DNA of 63,861 nucleotides, filler included, from Rhabdomonas costata (Eukaryota): NCBI GenBank assembly GCA_019059605.1. It is 40 parts of 40 records of this genome, joined end to end, with 100 filler letters (N's around TTAATTAATTAA, not from the genome) between each part and the next. Parts side by side here need not be neighbours in the genome. Positions count along the whole stretch, not along the records: positions 46,568 to 48,071 come from JAHMHO010014282.1; positions 48,172 to 49,676 come from JAHMHO010014283.1; positions 49,777 to 51,281 come from JAHMHO010014284.1; positions 51,382 to 52,886 come from JAHMHO010014285.1; positions 52,987 to 54,491 come from JAHMHO010014286.1; positions 54,592 to 56,096 come from JAHMHO010014287.1; positions 56,197 to 57,701 come from JAHMHO010014288.1; positions 57,802 to 59,306 come from JAHMHO010014289.1; 32 more parts are not named here. One strand, written 5' to 3'. The position numbers and the translations under genes are program-made. This document shows, one piece after another, positions 47,701 through 59,165 of this stretch (position 1 is the stretch's first letter; every line of letters starts with the position of its first letter). Under the pieces are notes generated by a model that was given only the letters and a program-made list of their open reading frames with translations, did no database searches and had not been told where the DNA came from.

Positions 47701-50700
47701 ACCCTCCGAGGTGCACTTGACGTTTATCAGGGTCCATGATGGAAAAAGCCAGATGCATTATGCGCTGCGTGATGAGCTCGTGTTACCCACTTCCCGCTCC
47801 CTGAAGGCGCTTTTTGGGGTGAGAGCGCTGAGTCTTTCGCATGCCCAATGATCAGTGCTTTCGACTCCGAACCAACATCCGAAATGCGTAACCGCACAGC
47901 ATCATTTTTCAACAGCTCGTACCGAAAGGACGCAAAGAAAAAGGCTACTGGATGCAAGAAAGCAGGATCCAGACCCCATAACGCTGCGCAAAACACCGCA
48001 AGAGTTTTGGCACCACTTCCACCCCTAAGCTTGCAGGAGGAGTGGACGAGTGTAGAGGAGGAAAAAAACACNNNNNNNNNNNNNNNNNNNNNNNNNNNNN
48101 NNNNNNNNNNNNNNNTTAATTAATTAANNNNNNNNNNNNNNNNNNNNNNNNNNNNNNNNNNNNNNNNNNNNTGGGTGGGGGACGGCAAATGGGGCAAATG
48201 GGGCAAATGGGGCTAATGGGAAAGACGGCGGGTGGGCCACACGACACAGCAGCCGGAAACGCGGGTGCCTTCAACGATACGATCGATTCAGGGCTGGGTG
48301 CAGCCTTTTGTGGGGTTCCCTTTTGGCGTGATTTCCACAATATGGTGTGGGTTTCCTCCATAAGTAAAGGTGCACACACACACAGGTTCGGTTGGCCAGC
48401 ACCATTTGCAGAATGTTGCAGACAGCATGCACGATGTTTAGCAGCAATCGCAATTGTTTTTCATCTATTCCAGCGCTCACCAGTGGATGGTACGTCAAGG
48501 CGCCAAGGCTTTGAATTTTATTGTGATAGGTTGAGTGAGTGAGACCCAGGGCTCATTGCGTGTGTGGGGACTGTACTTTGGGGTGTACATCCTGTCATCA
48601 ATTCTGATCCACAACCGAGTGCTCTTCTCCCAACCATGGAAACCGCTGAAGAATGAGAACGAGAAAAGGGTGGAATCGTTGTCCTCGGGCAAGATATAGA
48701 AGCACCCTTACCACCACCCTTGGGCAGGGGACGGTTCGTTCGCCCACGACCCTTGTGCTTCAGTACACAGATCCTAAAACACAGAACTCGTCGCTCGAAA
48801 GGGAAAGGCTGTACAACATGAAAGACTTGCTGATTGTTTCTTCCGCAAGTGTGTGGGCACCCAAAACCTCACCCATTCGATCCGACTGCAAAGGGAAAGG
48901 ACGGCTGCAACCCACACAAGCAGAACTAGCGTCGAGGGGAAACAACGAGGCAGAGAACGTCATACCTACTGCTGGCGTGAAAACAAAAATAAAGAAAGAG
49001 AGAGAGGTGTGGTGGAAAGATGTCACACAAATTGCGGAAGGCACCAGTGGTGTCCTCCAGCGTCGGGGTAGCCACAGGAAATGTAGGACTCCTCCTGATG
49101 CGCAACAGTGAAGTTTCTGGTGACAGCTGTCTGTGATAACCCCCTCCCCGGCAAGCAGCGGTGCACAAAAGCGCTGCTCCCAGTCCGAAACCAAAAGGTT
49201 CTCTCCTCCATACCTTGATCCATCCATTTGCTCCACACGGGCTGATTTTCTCTTCTCCCCACACCAGTCAAAAAGCCCAAAAACAAGCAAACGGGCAAAG
49301 GGGAAAGATAAACTCTAAGAACTACTACTTCAAGAACCAAAAAAACGTCCAGCCTCGAACTGCATCAGTGCAAGGGGGCCAAGAATCCCCGGGGGAACTC
49401 CGTGCAAGCACCCAGGCAGCGCGCGTTGAATGCGAATACTTCGGTTTTCTTGGCGTTAGTATTTGAGTGACTGCTTTTTGGCCTCTTTTGCAGCTCTCTC
49501 CACACAACAGAATCGAAAACTGTGTGAGCTTTTTTGCACGGGCGAAGAACAGATGAAACCCCAAACATTGCCGGCAAAGAAGACTGTTACCGGGGGAAGG
49601 CGGACGAGTGGAGGCCTTAGTCACCAAAATAGCCGAAGTGAACATGCACCTTCTCCTTCAGCTGGTACACCCACCCNNNNNNNNNNNNNNNNNNNNNNNN
49701 NNNNNNNNNNNNNNNNNNNNTTAATTAATTAANNNNNNNNNNNNNNNNNNNNNNNNNNNNNNNNNNNNNNNNNNNNTTGTTGTGTGTCTCATTGTTCTGT
49801 TGTGGTGCGCCGGCTGATCCGCGCCCAGAGCATGAAGCTCGGCGAACCGGTGGCTGCTGTGGCGGCGGCTGTGTGGCGGCGGCTTGCCGTCGCGGTGGCG
49901 AAAGAGGTGGCACAGTGCTTGCGGAGGGCGTTCCCTGGCTTTGAGCATCAGCTCTGCCGTTGGGAATGAGACTGCACCCCCGCCACGGGGAGTAGGTTGG
50001 TAGCGCCAGCATGGCTGGACAGCGTCGGCTTAGCCGTCGCCTGAAGTGAGTGAGTTTGCTTCGGCTTACCGTCACCCCCGTCCTCCTCTTTGTGTGCGGG
50101 TGCGGGACCCTTTTGCACCCGCGCCGAAGGAGCAGTTCCCTCCTCAGCTCTTCCTCTTCGTCTTCGCACCGATGTGGTTTCCTTCCTCCCCGTCCGTCGT
50201 TTTCATTTTGTTCGCTGCACGCTTTTCTCTCCTTCGTGGCCGCTACCCCTCTTGCCTCCCCTCGCAAATGCGCATACTTTTTCTATGCCGCCTTGTTTTC
50301 TCGCTGGGATTGAGTTAGTTAGCGCTGGAGTGCTCGCCATTTTCTTGTGAGACAGCGGAGGGCCCAGTTGGTTGGTTGGTGGGTCGGTTGGTGGGTTGGT
50401 TTGTTGGTTGGCTGGTTGGTACGTTGCTCGTTGGTTCTTTTGTTCGATGGTTGGCGCCGCAGTGGAAGTCTGGATACGGCGGTGGCCCAGAGATGCCATG
50501 GAAGTTTCCGAAGTCACCCGAAATAACGCAGGGCACACCGACAAGTGCAGAAGAGGGGAAGTTGTTTGTCACTGAGCCGGCAAGACAAGAACTCTGCTGG
50601 CTGTGATTCCGACGGACTGGGTAAGGACGGGAAACCATCACACAGAACCAGTCATCCACACGTGCTCATATTTCATCTCCTTGTGTTCAAATCAAATCTG

Positions 50701-51381
50701 GGTGGGCTTTTGAAACCCCTGAATACTGAACGAAGCAGTACTGGCTAGCGTTTTCTTTTCGCTTTTGAGGTCCTGGATAACGTCCTTCTTTCTCAATGTC
50801 AAGAGTACTTCTGGTTATAATCTCTAATACCGTGGGGCGATAGGTTGTACTTGGCTCTTTTGCCGGCGATTCAGGCCCCCTTCGCCGGGGTCAAGGTACT
50901 GGCCTTCTGGAACGTCCGTAACCTGCGCTCGGACCACGCCTCGCGGTGCGTAGCTGCAGCACATTGCTGCTTGCGACCACTCAGAAGCTGGGGCTGATCG
51001 TGCGGCTGGCTTGCACGGGAGAGTATGCTGCCCGTCAGTAGTTGCTTTTTAATTTCCGCCGTGCTGTTTTTTGTCCTGCTCTGAGTCGAGACCAATGTCC
51101 GATTGAGCGTTTGGTATTCGCAGTTACCTTGTGCTTTCAGGTTGGGCTCGTTTGGGCCGCTGGGCACGACGACGCAGCGGGCCTTCACTGTGGTCTCGCC
51201 GTGCGTGCCTCGTGGACTAGTGCTTCAGAAGCTGTCAAAGTTGATTCCCTTCAAGGTCGGGATTCGCTCCCCCAAACCCCCNNNNNNNNNNNNNNNNNNN
51301 NNNNNNNNNNNNNNNNNNNNNNNNNTTAATTAATTAANNNNNNNNNNNNNNNNNNNNNNNNNNNNNNNNNNNNNNNNNNNN

Positions 51382-51728
51382 GCGGACGATGACTCCTCGG
51401 AGAATTCGCCCCCGAATGCTGACATCCCCGGTGAAGGGGCACTTGTGTCAATGTAGGTGCCTTCAATGGCCTGCAGCAAGAGACCCGACTCGAAACAAAA
51501 CTGGGTTCCGAGGAAAACCATGAACTCTTCAAAGAAGTAATCCAAGAAAACCAGACAGAAATTTCCTCAAAATAACAGCACCTCCCGCGGGGTTTCAAAC
51601 CCAAGACCGACATTCTTCCACCATCTCAGCTGCTTCTTCTTGTTCAGCCACTTCTTGACAGGCTTCTTGGAAACAAGGCAGATGTTCCGCTGCTTCTGGA
51701 AAGCCCTCTCTGTCTGCACGTCTCCGGT
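51382..51728 (-). CDS. RPS11: 40S ribosomal protein S11 (uS17), exons 51728-51582 and from 51470; 1-nt deletion near 51445
   Basis: DVQTERAFQKQ...WWKNVGLGFETPRE|AIEGTYID, then after a frameshift KCPFTGDVSIRGRIL. Confidence 0.92.
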
Positions 51729-52986
51729 CTGGTGCACACGCAGAAAGGAAGTTCGGCGACCCCGAAAACAGGCAAAAACCAGTTGCTCGACTCCAAAACA
51801 CATGTCCAAACTATAAATCTAAGCAACGAAAACATTTGCTTATTTCCACGCAGACGAAATACCCCGTTCACCTTTCAGACACTCACCAACCAGCCTCGGA
51901 ACCCAAGGGAAGATCAACCCTGGCGTGCAACTTCCAACCACGTCACGATGGCTCCGACAATTAATTAAATTCAAACGTCAGAGGGAACGTGAAAGGTATT
52001 CGCTGCGACCCAGCCGTCGAAACAGCCGGTGCAGCAGCTCCTTTTTCAGGTTCAGTCACTGCTGCCGTTGCCACTCTTCAGCGACCCCATGCGACTACGA
52101 AACTAGGATTGACAGTCGACACATACTCGAGGATCGAATACCGCTGTCCAGACAACCTCAATTACTCATTGCTGTTCGTTTAATTTTGTGCCCATTTCCG
52201 ACGGAAAGTCATGAAAAAGAATTCCTCCAAATAGGAGCTCGATTACCGATTGCCGATGAGCAAAAACATGAAGGAAAAAACACCGAAAATTTCCAAAAAC
52301 AAATATCACGCTCCACAGGCAGCTGCCGCCCTTTCGTCCGACCGGCGCCTGCCCAAGCCCTTCCGCTCAATCGCTCGTCTCCTGGTGCTCTTGTTTTGTC
52401 ACACGAACACAGTCAGACCACCTTTCCAACCAACGCCGCTCACGACAGCGCTTCCCACTCCAGGTCCTGAGAAACTGCACTGAACTACAACTCCGAAAGT
52501 CTACTGAAAAAAACGCGCCTTGTCAGCGTTTGGATCCTAAAGACTTCTGTGTCGTGAGCGTGAACGGGTCTGCCTGTGAACGGACGTGGGTTCACCTGCC
52601 GTGAATGGAAAGTGAACAAAAAAGTCAGGCCCTCTGCTTATGACTTCTGATCTTCTTCTATGACTGCTTATGACACAAAACAGCGCAATGTAGTGTCTCC
52701 GAGACTCAACTAAACTCCAAAAGGCACGGCTAGAGTAGTTTGAACCCAGTTGAACTTAATGCGTTTAACTTTAACGCAACGCAATCATCCCTTTGGCACC
52801 TTCAGTGAAGTTGGAGAATTTGCTTCACAGCTAGTCGGCCCCCAGCAGAACGGGTTCAGTTCACAGATTTTGCCAGGCCCCCACAANNNNNNNNNNNNNN
52901 NNNNNNNNNNNNNNNNNNNNNNNNNNNNNNTTAATTAATTAANNNNNNNNNNNNNNNNNNNNNNNNNNNNNNNNNNNNNNNNNNNN

Positions 52987-53777
52987 TGTGGAATGTGAAC
53001 ACAAAACATTGCCAAATCTTCACAAAGTCGGGTCACCAAGTCGGCGAATCGGTGAACAAAAAAGCGCACCCCAGCGGATTCTCTCTGGCTGGAGTACTTC
53101 CGCGACCGAAACGAGTTCAGCTCGTCGTTGTCGTCGTCGGCTATTGTGAAGAGGGCGTCTGGCAAATAGGGCTTGAACTTCTCCAGGTTCTCCACAATCG
53201 CTAGCAGGCATAGCTCAAGCTCCCTGCCACATATGCCAGAGATGACTTGTTTGCAAATGGAAAGATGCCCGGTACTCTTGAACACACCACCCCAATCAAA
53301 CTTCGAACAGAGAGTTTCCACCAACCTTGCAAGACGTTGTTGAGCATTTTGGTAACTTGTTCGTTTTGTCTCATCAGTCAGAGTTAAAGTTGATTGTCTT
53401 GCCCCAGTTGTCCTTCAAATGGCCCTCGCGAACCGCAGTGCTCCCAAGGGGTGCTTCAAGGGATGCCTCAAAGTTTTGGCCCCTGTATTTTGCATTTTTT
53501 TTCTTTCTAATTAGCACAAGTCAAGACCTCCCCCCTATGACGCTCGTTAAAAAGTTCATGATACCGATCGTTAAAATCTAACAAACCTCTAGCTCAACCC
53601 CACACCGCAGCACGTACCCAGGGCTGGAACTCCGCAGGTTCTTGGCGGAGTCCAAGTCCATCACGGATATATACTTCGCCAACTCTGTGCTCAGTTGCAG
53701 GCTTTGAAGGAGCTTCTGCTCCTTCTCCACATTGGATTGCTGGAAGACTCGAATGCAGAGCAGAGCAGCGACCAGCC
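52987..53777 (-). CDS. Putative receptor nucleotide-cyclase-like protein, TM end plus linker (paralog B); exons 53777-53618 and from 53223
   Basis: GLVAALLCIRVF...LSTELAKYISVMDLDSAKNLRSSSPG|ELELCLLAIVENLEKFKPYLPDALF followed by an acidic DDDNDE stretch. Confidence 0.55.
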
Positions 53778-54284
53778 CTTAAAAAAGATAGAACCTTTCC
53801 CCTTTACCAGCGCGCCTGTACTTCCCATAGTGGAAAAAGCTCTCCAAAACCCAGACGCTGACTCCTCCACGCCGACATATACCTCCCGAAAGTTCTAAGA
53901 AAAAGATCAAAGGGTCTGAGGTGAACTGTTTGGAGACTTGACTTGCAGTGTCCCAGCTGGGATTATTATATATTATTACCGTAGCTCAACATGTGCCAAA
54001 ACCTCTGTGATCACCTGCAATATTGGTAAATTCTGACTTTTTTCACTCCCCCACCCGTAGGGATCCGTGAGGGACGACGTTGGTGATATGTTGATGAAGG
54101 GTGGGGGGAGGGATGCTTGAAACCCCGGATCGGTCTCATACCCGCTGGTGGAAACCCGCTACCGAGACTGAAACCTACAACTGCAACGGAAACAAACGGA
54201 TATAGTTGTTTTGCGAAAGCACCTAGGACCTTGGGCCGCGGAGCGCAAGACATCCTGGACAAGATGGAAAACACCTGTTCATCG

Positions 54285-54480
54285 CTGGAAACACGTGCAT
54301 CACAACCTAATCCCTGCAAATCTTCCACTGGAACACGTATAATGCCTCCCTAACCCCCTGCGGAGAATCTGTCGAAATTCCAAAAACGCGTGCATCGCCA
54401 CCTAACCCCCTGCAATACGCTCTATTGAAATCCCAGGGGATGCGGGCATCGCCACCTTACCCCCGGCAAGTCTTCTACGA
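54285..54480 (+). repeat. About 51-54 bp minisatellite family, roughly four diverged units
   Basis: Repeating acacgtgcatcgccacctaacccctgcaaatcttctattggaatcccagg-like units. Confidence 0.8.
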
Positions 54481-55204
54481 CAAACAAAACTNNNNNNNNN
54501 NNNNNNNNNNNNNNNNNNNNNNNNNNNNNNNNNNNTTAATTAATTAANNNNNNNNNNNNNNNNNNNNNNNNNNNNNNNNNNNNNNNNNNNNGGTTGGTTT
54601 GGTATACCTAGTATTGCAAGTATTGCTTTTATATATTTGCTTAGCGACGTCGGTGGCATCCCGCATGGCCTATGCCTCTTGGCGACCGTTTGGGACCTGC
54701 TCCCATGAATGCCATGTCGCGGAGTCTTCCACATCAGGAGATTTTAACAGTGCAACCAATGGAGTTTATGAATCTTCTTGTTTGGGGTGGTGGTCTTAGT
54801 CTACGTTCAAAGTTGGGAGCCACCCCGCAATAGGTTGGGTTGAGCGACCAACTGGGAAAGGAGAAAGGAAAGGAGAATTTCACAGGAAGAATCTCCTTTC
54901 GTGGAATAGTTCTGAGGATCTACCTCTGTGGATCACGAAGGACACTAGCAAAACCCAGAGGGAAGAAACGCAAGAAGCCAAACAGTGGCATAAGCTTTAC
55001 TCGCTCATCTCGCTCCTTCAATGTTCGGGAGCACACCGCTTCCCTGGAAAGGGTTCGTTCCTCCCTGTGGAGAGCACAGAACTCCTACAACACAGCACCT
55101 CACTACTCCTTATCTCTCCAAAACTCGTTGGGCAACGCAATGAGACAGTATTATAGCCTATAGTGGAAAAAATTTTCCCCAAAGTCCCACGTGAAGGCGA
55201 CACA

Positions 55205-55602
55205 GGAGTCCCCCCTAACCCGCAAAATCTTCTATTGGAATCCCAGGGGACATGTGCATCGCATTCTAACCCCATGCAAAATCATCCTTTGGAGTCACAG
55301 GGATTCCAATAGAAGATTTTGCGGGTTAGGGGGCGATGCACGTGTTCCCTGGGATTCCAATAGACGATTTTGCGGGTTGGGGGGCGATGTACGTGTCCCC
55401 TGGGATTCCGATAGACGATTTTGCGGGTTGGGGAGCGGTGCACGTGTTCCCTGGGATTCCAACAAACGATTTTGTGGTTAGGAGGAGATGCGCCTGTTCC
55501 CTGGGATTCCAATAGAAGATTTTGCAGGGGCTTAGAATGCAATGCACGTGTTCCTTGGGACTACGATAGAAGATTTTGTAGGGGGTTAGGAGGCGATGCA
55601 CG
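55205..55602. repeat. About 51-bp minisatellite array with an internal orientation switch
   Basis: Units starting ctgggattcc at 55349, 55400, 55451, 55501; opposite-orientation units at 55205-55281; each unit contains a GGGTTAGG-like core. Confidence 0.92.
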
Positions 55603-56196
55603 GGATGAAAATGCAGACTGACTCTCACAAGTCTTACGCTTCTCTGGGGGGTCTGAGGGTTATGTACATGATGCTGTGGACCACAAGGAGTTTGTCTTGC
55701 GTCCGAGAAAGCAGGTGCTGCACCTTCTGTGATGTGTTGGAGCCTTCCTCAGTGGTTGGGGGAAATTTTTTTGGGGAAATCTTTTCACTACCCGTATTAC
55801 AGGTGGGGGCAACAAAATGTAATATATACACGCAACCACAACGCACACATTCAATGATTCTGCATCATCCACCTCAAAGCACAAGCTCAGAACAGCTCAG
55901 AGCAGCAAACAAAGGATTTGCGGCTGGGCGACTCTGGTTGGAAAGACAAAAAAGGACACCCCCTATCTCTCTTAGCTGGTGTGGCCCGCGGTGAGCTCCT
56001 TCATCGCGCTCTCATATGCCGCGACGTACTCTGGAAGGCTGCGATAGGGAATCTTGCTCCGCGCGAACTGCCCTGTGCCCTTGGCCAAAACCACCCNNNN
56101 NNNNNNNNNNNNNNNNNNNNNNNNNNNNNNNNNNNNNNNNTTAATTAATTAANNNNNNNNNNNNNNNNNNNNNNNNNNNNNNNNNNNNNNNNNNNN

Positions 56197-56562
56197 AAGG
56201 TAACTGCAGCAGAGGTCAGAGCTTTTAAGGCTATGCGCAAGAATGGTCGCAGTTTTGCCGAAATAGGAAGGCTGAAGGGCAGAAACCGCACCACTGTGCG
56301 GCGTTACTGCACTAACCAGCTTGTTCCAAAGCGATGTTTGAAGACCCGAATTATTCAAGCTATCAAAAAGCTGAGGCGCAAGCTTCCTCTACGAAGGAAG
56401 ATTGGATGTGAGTTGGTCGCAGCTGAGGTTCGAATGAGCCGTCAGCATGTTTCCGCTGTGATGAAGGGGCTTGGGATGGTGGATAGGAAAGAGAAACTTT
56501 GGCTGCACCCAAATTCTTATGAATACGGGACACATGTGTACTCCCAGGCACGCAGTCAGTGA
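56197..56562 (+). CDS. Small basic HTH protein upstream of the transposase (frame open back to the contig start)
   Basis: KVTAAEVRAFKAMRKNGRSFAEIGRLKGRNRTTVRRY is a transposase-type HTH; a second HTH-like segment is IGCELVAAEVRMSRQHVSAVMK. Confidence 0.7.
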   Translation, partial: KVTAAEVRAFKAMRKNGRSFAEIGRLKGRNRTTVRRYCTNQLVPKRCLKTRIIQAIKKLRRKLPLRRKIGCELVAAEVRMSRQHVSAVMKGLGMVDRKEKLWLHPNSYEYGTHVYSQARSQ

Positions 56563-56652
56563 ATTAGTTGACGTTTTTTCCCACTGCATTGGAAAGAGGA
56601 GATGATCGCGTCGCGTGTGCACACCAATTGCTTTTCTCTTCTTTAGCTTTTA

Positions 56653-57678
56653 ATGGCACTTTCAGAGCTCATAATTGGACGTATTCATGGAGAAGCAAAC
56701 CATAAGTCGCTTAACTCCCTTGCTAAGCAGTATGGATGCACATGGAGAACCATTCAACGGGCAGTTAACTACAATGGCCGCTCACATCGTGCTCCTCGCT
56801 CTGTGTCTTCCAGTATTTTCTGCCGTCGGCAGAGAGTTAAGGCGCTTGCAAAAAAGAGAGTCACCCTGAATGGTCGGCGCTATCCTATGCACAGTTCTGC
56901 CAGTTCAATTCAGCAGGCCCTCAAAAAGGAAGGTTTTTCCACCTCAAAAGCCACAGTTCTGCGGGACCTGCATAAGGCAAAGCTGTTCTGCCGAGTTCGG
57001 CGTCGTGTTCCGACCCGCGACCCGGTTGTGATTAACAAGAGAAAGCAGTTCTGCTGCGCCTGGGTACGGAGGACACGGGACTTTAAAAGGCTGGTGTTCT
57101 CCGATGAGCACACTGTTTCCATCAATGATCACACATCTAGGACTATGTGGGTGGATAAGCATGAAGAGGTTCTTCCTCGAGAGAGACGCCGGCTGCAGAG
57201 TGTTCCGCGTATTATGGTGTGGGCTGCTGCCGGGGTGGGTTTCAAGTCTTCTGTGGTCATGTTTCCTGAGCAGACATCTGATGAGGACGGCAATCGGCGT
57301 ACATTTCGCCTCAATGGGAATGGTTACATACGCCGTTGCCTAGGGAGCATTACAGCGGCTCTTACACTGCAGCGCCGTATCTTCCAGCATGATGGAGCGA
57401 AGGCTCACCAGAACAATCTTGTCCGAGAGTATTTTTCCAAAAAGGGTGTGGACTACATTACCGATTGGTCACCATACTCACCTGACTTGAATCGCATCGA
57501 GCTTCTTTGGCCACTGCTAAATCAGTTGATTGCTGAGCAGCATCCAGTCACAATGTGTGAGCTGCGTGCAGCGGTTAAGAAAGCATGGGATAGAATTCCC
57601 CAGAAAACCATTGACGTGATTTGCAGCGGTTTTGAATCAAGGCTCAAGAAGGTATTGCAGAGAGGTGGCCGTTGTTGA
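56653..57678 (+). CDS. IS630-Tc1-mariner transposase, intact, DD35E
   Basis: N-terminal HTH (SLNSLAKQYGCTWRTIQR), VFSDEH, IMVWAA, IFQHDGAKAH, WSPYSPDLNRIELLW; 35 residues between the second D and the E by hand count; intronless, 341 aa. Confidence 0.95.
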   Translation: MALSELIIGRIHGEANHKSLNSLAKQYGCTWRTIQRAVNYNGRSHRAPRSVSSSIFCRRQRVKALAKKRVTLNGRRYPMHSSASSIQQALKKEGFSTSKATVLRDLHKAKLFCRVRRRVPTRDPVVINKRKQFCCAWVRRTRDFKRLVFSDEHTVSINDHTSRTMWVDKHEEVLPRERRRLQSVPRIMVWAAAGVGFKSSVVMFPEQTSDEDGNRRTFRLNGNGYIRRCLGSITAALTLQRRIFQHDGAKAHQNNLVREYFSKKGVDYITDWSPYSPDLNRIELLWPLLNQLIAEQHPVTMCELRAAVKKAWDRIPQKTIDVICSGFESRLKKVLQRGGRC

Positions 57679-59136
57679 TACGTTTGCGGCTTGTACTGCA
57701 TNNNNNNNNNNNNNNNNNNNNNNNNNNNNNNNNNNNNNNNNNNNNTTAATTAATTAANNNNNNNNNNNNNNNNNNNNNNNNNNNNNNNNNNNNNNNNNNN
57801 NGGGTTGGGGTGTGGGGACCCTGTTCTCCGAGGGCGGTTTTTCCGGGCGGTGAACCGCCTGCTGTGCATATCCGTGTGTGTGGGTGTGCGTGTGTCGTAG
57901 ATGAGCTCGTCAAGATGTAGAAGCTAGAGCCTTTGTTTCTTTGTTCGTAATGTCTCTTAGAGCGCCCTAGCGACACGGGCTGTGCGTTGTCACATCGCCT
58001 TGTCCGTGGCCTGTCCACATTACCCAGGCACTCGCTAACACCACCAACCCAAGTTTGCGCGAGTGTTCCGACTTTATTTGTCTCCTGGTGTTCTATTTTT
58101 CTTCTTCTCACCTCGCTTGCTTTGCCGAATCCTGCACGGTGCTGACCTTGTCTTCTTCGGTGACGTGATGTTTTAAAAAAAAAAGTCTGCAGAAGGTCCA
58201 TCCAGGACTTTTGGTGGACCTCGGCGCCTTGTTGTGGACGCAGCGGTCCACCACAATGGAGGTGGGCGAGCTCCTGTAGTTTACCTGAAACCAAGCAAAA
58301 AGCTCGGTAGCGGAGCTACGAGATCGGGGTGGACGTGTCCACCGTATGTCCTCTACCAGCTGCCTGGGGGCAGCACCACAAAATCTCTCACCGATGAGAA
58401 AAGTTAGATTTAAAATTAGAAAATATGAAACCTCAGTTCTTCTTTTGCAATCCCAGCAGTAGTGCTCCATCTCCCTGCAATTTATCTAAAACACCACAGA
58501 GCCAAAATCCTTACTGGTTTCTTTAGATAGAAAATTCACTTGCAGGAGGAAAAAAAGCAGGAGGAAACAAATACTTACTGCGCTTAAAGTTTTTTGCGGC
58601 TATTTTTGAAAATGCAAACGGTCCTTTCTCACAGCACTGGTCGTTTCTACCAATAGTTTACCTCCCAATTTGCAGAGTATGAAAGGAACTTCCCGAAATA
58701 CCTGTGGTGTCTGTGGCTATTATTGTCCTGATTGCTGTTAAAAAAGAGTTTGGTTCGCAAACTTTTGTTTCGCACATGCAAAGTCAAATCTTTTCACTTG
58801 ACCAGTGTCCCCAAACAACCCCCCTCTCGTTGCCAGAAACGGGGAATGACCAAAAAAAAATGTGAGAAGGGGCGGGCGAGGATGTGGAGACGTATGGATC
58901 GGAGAAGAGCGAGATAAGGTGGGAGCTGATGGATGCGAGATGCCGGGTTTGAGTTGCGGCGTTGAGCAAGAGGGCGTGAGAGCAAGGGCAACTTAAAAAA
59001 ACTGGTTTGCCACTCGCCAGATTCGGCAAAGGATACGAAGGAAGACAGGATGCATAAGAGACGCTCTCTCGGAACTGGGTGCGTAAAAGGAGGCAGCACT
59101 GTCTGTGACGACACATGTGTGTTTTGAGGGGTTTGT

Positions 59137-59165
59137 GCTGCTGCTGCTGCTGCTGCTGCTGCTGC
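59137..59165 (+). repeat. (GCT/CTG)n microsatellite
   Basis: About nine to ten units, directly visible. Confidence 0.9.

Larger units (their letters stand above)
56197..57698 (+). mobile_element. Tc1/IS630-like DNA transposon, left end missing
   Basis: HTH ORF plus transposase; the sequence ends ...CGGCTTGTACTG 20 nt after the stop, resembling a Tc1 CAGT...ACTG terminus, but it is followed by CA rather than TA. Confidence 0.75.

Noticed and set aside
55298-55602. CRISPR array, or a 17-aa repeat protein (VPWDSNRRFCGLGGDAR)
   Set aside because: There are no unique spacers or cas genes; later units vary in length and break the frame, so the ORFs are a by-product of the 51-bp period.
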